Assembly: GCA_023142215.1 (NCBI GenBank)
Contig: JAGLJW010000016.1
Span: 1-32,602, forward strand
Direction of reading: 5' to 3'
Source of the DNA: Candidatus Parcubacteria bacterium
Lineage (GTDB): Bacteria > Patescibacteriota > Patescibacteriia > Patescibacteriales > UBA12075
Length of the DNA: 32,602 bases
Position 1 is the stretch's first letter, and every line of letters begins with the position of its first letter. A model generated the notes under the pieces. It searched no databases and was not told where the DNA came from. It worked only from the letters and a program-made list of their open reading frames with translations. Below, piece by piece: positions 9,890-18,143 of this stretch. The position numbers and the translations under genes are program-made.

Positions 9890-10143
9890 ATACTTATGTC
9901 CACGCTAACGTGGACATAAGTATATTATTAAAAAAGATAAGTCCACGCTAACGTGGACTTATCTCTAATATTGTTAAAAATAAACGCGACTTATTAACAA
10001 TATAAATAATTAATATTTAGCTAATATTTAATAAATTAAAACTTTAAATATTCTTATCACCAACTTATCAACTTTTATACACCTGTTCACGCAATAATGT
10101 GCTCATAATAAGATAAGTCCACGCTAACGTGGACTTATCTTAT
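9890..10143. repeat. Palindrome family GTCCACG-NTAR-CGTGGAC: copies 9890..9923, 9935..9964, degenerate ~10084..10108, and 10108..10143
   Basis: Directly visible, e.g. atacttatgtccacgctaacgtggacataagtat and agataagtccacgctaacgtggacttatct. Confidence 0.9.
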
Positions 10144-10231
10144 AAATATTAAAATAATTTGGCCATATAACATTTAGTGTGCTATTTTTTTTATATCTAT
10201 TTATCTATAATAATCACAAAGTTTTTTTTCT

Positions 10232-10421
10232 TGCCATTCTCGTACCCGTCTACACGAATATAAACTCCAGCGGGAATCCATACCTGAACTGAATAGATAG
10301 GCGGGTTGGCAATACTGTCTTTTGTTATTATTAGATAAATTAATAGCAATTAAAAAAGGTTTTACTAAATTGAATTATCTCCTCTTTGTGGAAATGGATT
10401 CCCGCTTACGCGAGAATGACA
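10232..10421. repeat. dRS3/RPE-like inverted pair of the GTCATTCCCGC..GCGGGAATCCA type
   Basis: Left tgccattctcg...agcgggaatccat (10232..10281); right atggattcccgcttacgcgagaatgaca (10394..10421). Confidence 0.7.
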
Positions 10422-10481
10422 GGGAAAAAATAATGTTTAGTTGTAAAATCAATATTAATTTTTATCATTAAGTTATACACA

Positions 10482-10565
10482 GTAGCATACTTATGTCCAC
10501 GCTAACGTGGACATAAGTATGCTACAAAAAAAGATAAGTCCACGTTAACGTGGACTTATCTTTTT
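10482..10565. repeat. Palindrome doublet, same family as 9890..10143
   Basis: gtagcatacttatgtccacgctaacgtggacataagtatgctac (10482..10525) and perfect aaaaagataagtccacgttaacgtggacttatcttttt (10528..10565). Confidence 0.9.
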
Positions 10566-10579
10566 ATTTTTATATTTTT

Positions 10580-11497
10580 TTATTCTTTATCTTTTAATTG
10601 TATATATTGATATGCTGCCAATGCTGCAATTGTAGCTTGACCAACTGCTGTTGTAATTTGCTTAAAAGGAACGTTGGTAACATCACCACATGCAAACATA
10701 CCTTTGGTTTTAGTTCTACATTTTTCATCCACTTTGATTTGCATTCTATTGTCTCTTTCTACAAAATTTTCAATTAAATCCGTATGAGCTATTCTGCCAA
10801 TTTCAACAAATACACCATCAACATCTAAAAACTTTTCTTTATGCTTTTCATTATTTATAATTTGAACTTTTTTAACATTTTTACTACCTATTATTTCTTT
10901 TATCTCAGTATTTAATAAAATATCAATATTTTCTCTGCTTTTTACTTCATCCACCAATACGTTAAACGCGGTAAGTTTTTCACTCCTATGTATCAAATAT
11001 ACCTTCTGACCGATTTTAGATAACAATTCTGCTGCATCAACCGCTGCATTACCTCCACCAACAACTGCAATTATTTTATTTTTATAAAATGGACCATCAC
11101 AATTAGCACAATATGAAACACCCTTTCCTGCAAACTCTTGTTCCCCCTTAATTGCCAATCTTCTTGGAGATAGTCCTATTGCTATTATAACAGTTTTTGT
11201 TTTAAAAACTTCTAATCCAGTTTTAATCTCAAAAGAATCATTTTCTAATTTTACTATTTCTTTTACTTCGCTATTTTTAATTTCTACACCAAGTGCTTTT
11301 ACTTGTTCTTGAAATTTCAAAACTAATTCATAACTATTGATAGACTTAAATCCTGGATAATTTTCTATTTCCGAAGCCATGGCTACTTGCCCTCCTGGTT
11401 CCTTTCCAATAATTAAGGCTTTCATTTCTCTTCTTGCTGCATAAATCCCCGCTGTATAGCCTGCAGGACCTGCACCAATGATAATTGTATCGTACAT
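10580..11497 (-). CDS. trxB: Thioredoxin-disulfide reductase
   Basis: IIGAGPAG, GVSYCANCDG, VVGGGNAA, FACGDV. Confidence 0.93.
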   Translation of the reverse strand: MYDTIIIGAGPAGYTAGIYAARREMKALIIGKEPGGQVAMASEIENYPGFKSINSYELVLKFQEQVKALGVEIKNSEVKEIVKLENDSFEIKTGLEVFKTKTVIIAIGLSPRRLAIKGEQEFAGKGVSYCANCDGPFYKNKIIAVVGGGNAAVDAAELLSKIGQKVYLIHRSEKLTAFNVLVDEVKSRENIDILLNTEIKEIIGSKNVKKVQIINNEKHKEKFLDVDGVFVEIGRIAHTDLIENFVERDNRMQIKVDEKCRTKTKGMFACGDVTNVPFKQITTAVGQATIAALAAYQYIQLKDKE

Positions 11498-11505
11498 AAT
11501 TTTAT

Positions 11506-11607
11506 GAAACTGTCATTAAATATCAGTTTAGACATAAATTTTCAGATTTTGAAGAAATTTACCAAAATATGAAAATTTAGAGCAAATTGGTATTTAGCGA
11601 TAGTCTC
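11506..11607. mobile_element. MITE-like ~102-bp hairpin element, long form
   Basis: Degenerate terminal IR gaaactgtcattaaatatcagttt / aaattggtatttagcgatagtctc plus inner IR taaattttcagattttg / caaaatatgaaaattta. Confidence 0.55.
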
Positions 11608-11669
11608 TTATATCAATTAATTTTAATAATCTTAAATATATAAAAACTATATAATATGCTTAAAATCAA

Positions 11670-11685
11670 TGTTCTTTATGGAACG
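11670..11685. promoter_or_regulatory. Degenerate parS-like site
   Basis: TGTTCTTTATGGAACG, an inverted near-copy (2 mismatches) of 11774..11789. Confidence 0.35.
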
Positions 11686-11762
11686 TGGTGGACTATAAGG
11701 GATTTGAACCCTTGACCTCTTGCATGCCATGCAAGCACTCTAACCAGCTGAGCTAATAGCCC
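11686..11762 (-). tRNA. tRNA-Ala (GGC)
   Basis: GGGCTATTAGCTCAGCTGGTTAGAGTG-CTTGC-ATGGCAT-GCAAG...GGTTCAAATCC...TAGTCCACCA; CCA encoded. Confidence 0.97.
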
Positions 11763-11773
11763 TTATGTATAAC

Positions 11774-11789
11774 CGTTCCATATGGAACA
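11774..11789. promoter_or_regulatory. parS-like palindrome
   Basis: CGTTCCATATGGAACA versus the parS type TGTTCCACGTGGAACA; about 3.7 kb from dnaA. Confidence 0.5.
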
Positions 11790-11840
11790 CAGAAATAAAA
11801 AAATAGTTTGCATTTCAAAAACTTGCCAAATTTCAATATT

Positions 11841-11932
11841 TAAGTCCACGTTAGCGTGGACATAAGTTACCACTTTTGCTAATATTAAGCTTTTTGAGAT
11901 AAGTCCACGCTAGCGTGGACTTATCTCAAAAA
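11841..11932. repeat. Palindrome doublet, same family as 9890..10143
   Basis: taagtccacgttagcgtggacataag (11841..11866) and perfect 42-bp tttttgagataagtccacgctagcgtggacttatctcaaaaa (11891..11932). Confidence 0.9.
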
Positions 11933-11984
11933 ACACAATTAATTTTCATTTTTAAAATACAATTTTGGCAACAATTTTTTTATG

Positions 11985-12056
11985 TGTTCCTGGGTGGAAT
12001 TGAACCACCATCTAAAACTTAGGAGGTTTTTGTTTTATCCATTAAACTACAGGAAC
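11985..12056 (-). tRNA. tRNA-Arg (CCT)
   Basis: GTTCCTGTAGTTTAATGGATAAAACA-AAAAC-CTCCTAA-GTTTT...GGTTCAATTCC..CAGGAACA; CCA not encoded. Confidence 0.93.
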
Positions 12057-12195
12057 CTTAATTCTTATAATATATTACTTTTGTTTTTCTGACAAGAAAA
12101 ATATAAAGTATAAAATATTTAAAAACTTGAATAAATTAAGTATATATACTATTCTTAAGTTACTATATATAAATTATTATAAATAAAAAAACAAT

Positions 12196-12573
12196 ATGTT
12201 TAATAAAAATGTAAAAGAGGTTACACAAAATGAAGCAGAAACAATTATTGGGCCATCAATCAAGGTTAAAGGAAATTTTCATGGTGAGGGAAGTATGATT
12301 ATTGAAGGTCAAGTTGAAGGAAGTATAAAAACAAAAAATTATCTTTTGGCTGGATCTAGATCGCAAATTACCGCAAACATCTCTGCAAAAAATGCAAAAA
12401 TTAGTGGGAAAATCAAAGGAAATATTACTATAAATGACTATCTTGAAATTTCTTCTTCTGCTGTTATTAATGGTGATATTAGTACAACTCAAATTTCAAT
12501 AGAAAAAGGAGCACAAATTAATGGAAATATTAATACAACAAAAAATGAAATTGTTGACTCTAAAATAAAATAA
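12196..12573 (+). CDS. Bactofilin (polymer-forming cytoskeletal protein, CcmA-like)
   Basis: ETIIGPSIKVKGNF...IEGQVEGSI...INGDI....SIEKGAQING beta-helix pattern. Confidence 0.9.
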   Translation: MFNKNVKEVTQNEAETIIGPSIKVKGNFHGEGSMIIEGQVEGSIKTKNYLLAGSRSQITANISAKNAKISGKIKGNITINDYLEISSSAVINGDISTTQISIEKGAQINGNINTTKNEIVDSKIK

Positions 12574-13343
12574 TGCATATTTATTTATATGATTCATTTT
12601 TGAATCAAAAAAAATATAATAAAGTAATCTCCAAAATAGAAACAAGAATCACCGATTTAGATCTTAATGGAAAAATCGTTCGAATGAACACAACAAATTC
12701 CATTTATAATATTGTTAATACTGAAATAAACAATGGCTCTAAAACTATTGTTTGTGTTGGGAATAACTATACCTTAAACCAAACCATAAATTCCATTGCT
12801 AAGCTCTCAATTAAAAATCCTTTACTAAATATAGCAATTGGCTTTATCCCCGTTGGAAAAACTGATAATTCCATTGCTAATTATCTAGGAATCAAATATA
12901 ACGAAAATGCCTGTAACGCTATTTCAGCCCGTAGAATAAAACGAATTTGTCTTGGAATAATTAACGATAAAGAATACTTCTTTAACGAAGCTACAATAAA
13001 ATCGCAAGACACAATTGTTGAAATAAATGAAAACTACACATTAGAAACAATAAATAATAGTGTTTTTAGAATTATTAATTTACCCATCAAGAATATATCA
13101 AACAAGACTAAACTGAAAAATAATAAATTAAAATTATTTATTGAACAGAAAAATTCAACTTTGGGTTTTAATAAACCAACACATAAGAACTTATTTTATT
13201 GTGATAAAATAAGAATTATTAATAAGAATCAACCTATATTTGTTGATGATTGTGTAGAAACTAAAACACCAGCTGATATAAAAATATCAAAAGAAATAAT
13301 TAAATTAATTATTGGAAAAAATTTAAATTGGGATTATCACTAA
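12573..13343 (+). CDS. Diacylglycerol-kinase-like fold protein, degenerate
   Basis: TIVCVGN..T, IGFIPVG..NSIA..LGI; start overlaps the bactofilin stop (TAATG). Confidence 0.65.
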   Translation: MHIYLYDSFLNQKKYNKVISKIETRITDLDLNGKIVRMNTTNSIYNIVNTEINNGSKTIVCVGNNYTLNQTINSIAKLSIKNPLLNIAIGFIPVGKTDNSIANYLGIKYNENACNAISARRIKRICLGIINDKEYFFNEATIKSQDTIVEINENYTLETINNSVFRIINLPIKNISNKTKLKNNKLKLFIEQKNSTLGFNKPTHKNLFYCDKIRIINKNQPIFVDDCVETKTPADIKISKEIIKLIIGKNLNWDYH

Positions 13344-13351
13344 ATAGTAAT

Positions 13352-14092
13352 TTATTTAATTACTTCCCCTTCAATAATTTCGTCTTTTTTCTTGTCTTTA
13401 TTAAAAATTAAGATTTGTTGAAGAATGGTTAATAGTGTTGTTACTAACCAATATAATGCCAGACCACCAGAGAACATTAAACTAAACCAAACAGTCATTA
13501 TTGGCATAAAGTATTGCATTTGTTTATTCATAATAGCTGTCATATCTTCATCCTTGGAGCCTGGAGTTTTAATTTCAGGTTTTTTTGTCGACATCATTCT
13601 AACTTGATAAAATTGAGCAAGTCCTGCCGCTAAAGCTAAAACCCATACTCTTGTTTGAGATAAATCCAAAAGTCCTAAAAAAGTATGATTAATTACTTCG
13701 GGTTTATCAACAAAGGAATAAAGTAAAGTTAATGTTTGATCTGTTAGTCCATCTCTAAAAACTCTAAAAACTGCAAACAAGAATGGCAGTTGAATTAAGA
13801 GTGGCATACAAGAAGATAGGGGGTTAACTTTATTGTCTTTATAAAGTTTCATCATTGCGATACCCATTTGCTCTTTTTTGTCTTTATATTCTTTTTTTAT
13901 TTTTTCAATTTTTGGTTGTAGCTCTTGTAATGCTTTTTGTGATTCAATAGCTTTTCTGGAAATAGGAAATAATATTATTTTTATTATTATTGTTAAAACA
14001 ATAATCGTAATACCCATGTCTTGACCTGGGATAATATTATAAATAAAAACTAGTAAATTTAAAATTGGTTGGTAAAATAATGTTTCAAACAT
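13352..14092 (-). CDS. yidC: Membrane protein insertase YidC, short form
   Basis: LQPKI, M.LYK...VNPLSSCMPLLIQLP, GLALYW; position in the rnpA-yidD-yidC cluster. Confidence 0.95.
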   Translation of the reverse strand: MFETLFYQPILNLLVFIYNIIPGQDMGITIIVLTIIIKIILFPISRKAIESQKALQELQPKIEKIKKEYKDKKEQMGIAMMKLYKDNKVNPLSSCMPLLIQLPFLFAVFRVFRDGLTDQTLTLLYSFVDKPEVINHTFLGLLDLSQTRVWVLALAAGLAQFYQVRMMSTKKPEIKTPGSKDEDMTAIMNKQMQYFMPIMTVWFSLMFSGGLALYWLVTTLLTILQQILIFNKDKKKDEIIEGEVIK

Positions 14093-14102
14093 AGAATAAA
14101 TA

Positions 14103-14143
14103 AATTTAGAATTTAGAATTATGATTCGCTCCGCCAGCTGGCG
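14103..14143. repeat. Heptamer repeats plus GC-rich palindrome CGCCAGCTGGCG (REP-like)
   Basis: aatttag aatttag aattatg, then a perfect 12-bp palindrome at 14132..14143. Confidence 0.45.
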
Positions 14144-14174
14144 AATGGCGAAATGAATTTTTGATTAGTTTTAT

Positions 14175-14429
14175 TTAATCAACAGGATCATATCCGCCCT
14201 TACTCCAAGGATTGCATCGTAGCACTCTCCATATACTTTTTAATCCACCTTTGACAAATCCATATTTTTCAATTGCACTAATTGCATAATTTGAACAAGT
14301 TGGATAATATTTACAATATCCATTTGGATATAAAAATTTAAAAAATCCATGATCAAAGGATATGGTTTTTTGGTAAAACTTTAAAATTCTTATTAAAATA
14401 TATTTTGGTAAAAATTTTAAATAAAACAT
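14175..14429 (-). CDS. yidD: Membrane protein insertion efficiency factor YidD
   Basis: [11 protein letters not shown]...[16 protein letters not shown]. Confidence 0.95.
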   Translation of the reverse strand: MFYLKFLPKYILIRILKFYQKTISFDHGFFKFLYPNGYCKYYPTCSNYAISAIEKYGFVKGGLKSIWRVLRCNPWSKGGYDPVD

Positions 14430-14491
14430 TATTTTTATTATACAATAAAATTTATTTTAATGGTAGTAATTATTAAAAAAATAATATTTTT

Positions 14492-14830
14492 TTAATACAT
14501 TTTTAATATTTTTAATATTTTAACGATTGTTTGTTTGATAAATTTATAATCTTTATCAGCTATCATTGGTGATGGAATAACAATTATATCAAATCCTGAT
14601 TTTAATATTTGTTCTTCATTAAATAATATTGCTTTAATTCGTCTTTTAATCTTATTTCTTTCAGTGGCTAATTTATTAACTTTTTTGCCTAAAATTACAC
14701 CAAAACGATTATAATTAAGATTATTTTTAATAATTTTAATTCCTAAAATTTTATCATAATTTGATTTTCCTTTTTTAAAAACAAAATCAAATTCTTTTTT
14801 GTTTTTTAAAATATTCTTTTTTTTTAACAT
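14492..14830 (-). CDS. rnpA: Ribonuclease P protein component
   Basis: F..VFKKGK, RFGV..GKKV.K.ATERNKIKRR (RNR-motif variant). Confidence 0.92.
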   Translation of the reverse strand: MLKKKNILKNKKEFDFVFKKGKSNYDKILGIKIIKNNLNYNRFGVILGKKVNKLATERNKIKRRIKAILFNEEQILKSGFDIIVIPSPMIADKDYKFIKQTIVKILKILKMY

Positions 14831-14899
14831 AAAAAGCTATTATTTAAAATGTAAAAAGCCTACTTTTTCTAAAATAAAAAATAGGCCTTTTTAAAAAAA

Positions 14900-15037
14900 C
14901 TATTTTGATAATCTTTTTCTTCCCTTTAATCTTCGTCTTTTTAAAACATTTCTTCCGTTTTTTGTTAACATTCTATGTCTAAACCCATGTTTTTTCTTTG
15001 CTTTTCTAACATTAGGCTGAAAGGTTCTTTTTGGCAT
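14900..15037 (-). CDS. rpmH: 50S ribosomal protein L34 (absent from the ORF track because <60 aa)
   Basis: Manual translation [45 protein letters not shown]. Confidence 0.97.
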   Translation of the reverse strand: MPKRTFQPNVRKAKKKHGFRHRMLTKNGRNVLKRRRLKGRKRLSK

Positions 15038-15548
15038 ATTTTTTTTAAATTATTACTACAATACCTATTCTACCACAAATCAATAATTAATCAAGTTTAA
15101 ATTTTAAAAATTAATTATATAAAAAAATATTAATTTCCTGTTAATTTCTATGTTTAAAAGCTGGACTTTTTTTGTTGATTATTTTTAATATTTTGTTAAT
15201 AATAATTAAGTAAAGACACTTTTTAACAAACTATTCAGGGTAATATACATGTAATTTACAAGACTAATAACACTTTGTTAATGATTTATTTATGCTAATC
15301 ATAAATAAAAAATAGCTTTTTACACAGAATTTCATTTCCTTATTATTACTACTATTATTTTTTATAAATATATAATATATAATATAATAAATAATATAGA
15401 TTTTATGAACAAATTAACAATTTAAAATATCCACTAAGTATTAACAATTTATAAACATATTTAACTCTTTGTAAAATTTAAAATACTTGTTATACTTGTC
15501 ATATAATTTAAGTTGATATAAATAATAAAGCATTAATTTTTTATTTTT
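15038..15548. other. Probable oriC in the rpmH-dnaA intergenic region
   Basis: TTTTACACA box (15318..15326) followed by trio-like TTATTATTACTACTATTATT (15340..15359) and an almost pure AT tract; several TTAACA-type degenerate boxes; the dnaA-dnaN gap is only 25 bp. Confidence 0.7.
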
Positions 15549-16934
15549 ATGAATAATGATCAAATTTGGCAAGCAGTTCTTGGTGAAATCGAACTAAATC
15601 TTTCAAAGGCTAATTTCACGACCTGGTTTAAGAATACTTTTATTTCATCCCTAGATAACGGAAGAGTTATAATCAGTGTCCCTAACATGTTTACCGAAAC
15701 ATGGTTAAAGAAAAAATATCATGATAAAATTAAAGATGGTATCGAAAGTATCACAAGTGAAAAAATAAAAGATATTGCATATAAAATTGAACAAAGGAAA
15801 AATAACCCAGTAAATGAATTATTTAAAAAACAAAACATTGCAACTGATAATATCACAGAACAATGTAATAGTAATTTAAATAATATACCACAAGTAAACC
15901 ATGGAATGACAAATAAATTTGGATTAAATAAGAAATATGTTTTTGATAATTATATCGTTGGAAAGGGAAATGAGTTAGCACACGCTGCTTGTAAGGCTGT
16001 AGCTGCTAATCCAGGAACAGCTTATAATCCTTTGTTCATTTATGGCGGAGTTGGTTTAGGAAAAACACATTTAATGCAAGCTATTGGTAACGAAACAGTT
16101 AAAAATAATTTAAGAGTTTTGTATGTTACTTGTGAAAAATTTACCAATGATTATGTTAATGCAGTAAAAACAGGTAAAGCAAAAAGTTTTAAAGATTTAT
16201 ATAGAAATGTTGATGTTTTATTAATTGATGATGTTCAATTTATAGCAGGAAAAGAAAGAACACAGGAAGAATTTTTTCATACATTCAACGAATTACATCA
16301 AAGTAATAAACAAATAGTATTAACATCTGATCGTCCTCCGAAATCAATTTTATCCCTTGAAAAAAGATTATTATCAAGATTTGAGTGGGGAATGATTGCA
16401 GATGTTTCAAAACCTGACATAGAAACAATGGTAGCAATTTTAGAAACTAAATGTAAAGAAAAAAATTATACATTAGATAATAAAATTTTATATTACATAG
16501 CTAATAATGTGCAAAACAATATCAGAGAATTAGAAGGTGCTTTAAATAGATTAATTGTTTTTCATGAATTTAATAACACAAAACCAACAATAGATTCCAC
16601 AAAAAATGTTTTAAACACATTACTTTCAGCACTTCAATCAAAATCAATAACAGGTAAAAATATTATTGAAGCAACAGCAGCTTTTTTTGATGTTAAAATC
16701 CCAGATATTATTGGAAAATCAAGAAAAAAGGAATTAGTATATCCACGTCAAATTACTATGTATTTAATGCGAAAAGAGTTAGGAACTTCGTTTCCAACAA
16801 TCGGACAAGATTTAGGAGGAAGAGATCACACAACAGCAATGCATGCTTGTAATAAAATCAAAAAAGAAATTAAAGAAAACGAAAAAGTGAAACAAGATAT
16901 AGAATCAGTTAAGCAACAAATTTATACATTTTAA
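15549..16934 (+). CDS. dnaA: Chromosomal replication initiator DnaA
   Basis: YNPLFIYGGVGLGKTHL, LLIDDVQF, QEEFFHTFN, GGRDHTT. Confidence 0.99.
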   Translation: MNNDQIWQAVLGEIELNLSKANFTTWFKNTFISSLDNGRVIISVPNMFTETWLKKKYHDKIKDGIESITSEKIKDIAYKIEQRKNNPVNELFKKQNIATDNITEQCNSNLNNIPQVNHGMTNKFGLNKKYVFDNYIVGKGNELAHAACKAVAANPGTAYNPLFIYGGVGLGKTHLMQAIGNETVKNNLRVLYVTCEKFTNDYVNAVKTGKAKSFKDLYRNVDVLLIDDVQFIAGKERTQEEFFHTFNELHQSNKQIVLTSDRPPKSILSLEKRLLSRFEWGMIADVSKPDIETMVAILETKCKEKNYTLDNKILYYIANNVQNNIRELEGALNRLIVFHEFNNTKPTIDSTKNVLNTLLSALQSKSITGKNIIEATAAFFDVKIPDIIGKSRKKELVYPRQITMYLMRKELGTSFPTIGQDLGGRDHTTAMHACNKIKKEIKENEKVKQDIESVKQQIYTF

Positions 16935-16959
16935 AAGTTTAAAAAAACTATTTAGAACT

Positions 16960-18093
16960 ATGAAAATTTCTACTTTACAAGAAAATTTAAAAACAGGTGT
17001 TTATATTGTTAGTCATATAGCTGGCAAAAATGTTAATTTACCAATATTGAGCAATGTTTTAATTAAGGCAAGTAAAGATGGAATTAATTTAATTACAACT
17101 GATTTAGAAATGGGCATAATAAGCAAAATCAGAGGTAAAGTTGAAACAGAAGGTAAGTACACAGTTAATGCAAAAGTTTTATCTGATTATGTTTCACTTC
17201 TTCCAAATCAAAAAATTAATTTAGAAAAAAAAGATAATATTTTAACAGTTTGTAGTGAAAATTATAAAACTTCTATTAAAGGACAAGAAGCAGAAGATTA
17301 TCCATTGATACCAAAAATTGATAAAAATATTTATTTTAAATTAAATATTGAAGAATTTAAAAAAGCATTATCCCAAGTTATTTTTTCAGTTTCTATTTCA
17401 GATACAAGAATTGAGTTAACAGGTGTGTTGTTTTCTTTTAGTAAAAATGGATTAACATTGGCTTCAACAGATAGTTTCAGATTATCAGAAAAAAAAGTAA
17501 AAGTTACAACAAATATTGAAACTGAAGATGAGATAAAAGTAGTTATTCCATCTAAAACACTTCAAGAAGTGATTAGAATTTTATCTACAATTAGAGAAGG
17601 GGAGATAAATAGAGATGAAAACGAAATAGTTTTTTATATTTCCGAAAATCAAGTTTTATTTACAGTTAAAGATACTGAATTAATTTCTAAATTAATTGAC
17701 GGACAATATCCTGATTATACGCAAATAATACCGCTAGAAAATAAAACAGTAGCTATAATAAACAAAAAAGAATTTGTTAGAGCAATAAAAGCATCTTCAA
17801 TTTTTTCCAAGTCAGGAGTAAATGATGTAAATTTAGATTTTCCTTTAGGAAAAAATAAAATAATAATTTCTTCAACCTCGTCATTGACAGGTGAAAATAT
17901 TACCGAGTTAGACGCAAAGGTTGATGGTGATGATAACGGAGTAGTTGTAAATTACAAATATTTGCTTGATGGTTTGAATAATATTGAAGGAGATAGTGTT
18001 CGTATGGAAATAGTTAATAACAACACTCCATGTATCTTAAAATCAGAAAAAGATGATAATTATTTGTATTTAATAATGCCGATAAAACAGTAA
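16960..18093 (+). CDS. dnaN: DNA polymerase III beta clamp
   Basis: LPILSNVL, TTDLE, STDSFRLS, LIDGQYPDY, YLIMPI. Confidence 0.98.
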   Translation: MKISTLQENLKTGVYIVSHIAGKNVNLPILSNVLIKASKDGINLITTDLEMGIISKIRGKVETEGKYTVNAKVLSDYVSLLPNQKINLEKKDNILTVCSENYKTSIKGQEAEDYPLIPKIDKNIYFKLNIEEFKKALSQVIFSVSISDTRIELTGVLFSFSKNGLTLASTDSFRLSEKKVKVTTNIETEDEIKVVIPSKTLQEVIRILSTIREGEINRDENEIVFYISENQVLFTVKDTELISKLIDGQYPDYTQIIPLENKTVAIINKKEFVRAIKASSIFSKSGVNDVNLDFPLGKNKIIISSTSSLTGENITELDAKVDGDDNGVVVNYKYLLDGLNNIEGDSVRMEIVNNNTPCILKSEKDDNYLYLIMPIKQ

Positions 18094-18100
18094 AATATAG

Positions 18101-18141
18101 AAAAACAAAAAAATACTTAATTAAAGTATTTTTTTGTTTTT
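18101..18141. terminator. Bidirectional terminator between convergent dnaN and PBP
   Basis: aaaaacaaaaaaatactt / aagtatttttttgttttt perfect IR. Confidence 0.7.
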
Positions 18142-18143
18142 AT

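Noticed and set aside
9890-11932. Palindrome cluster as a CRISPR array
   Set aside because: Irregular spacing, two alternating repeat types, intervening genes and no cas genes
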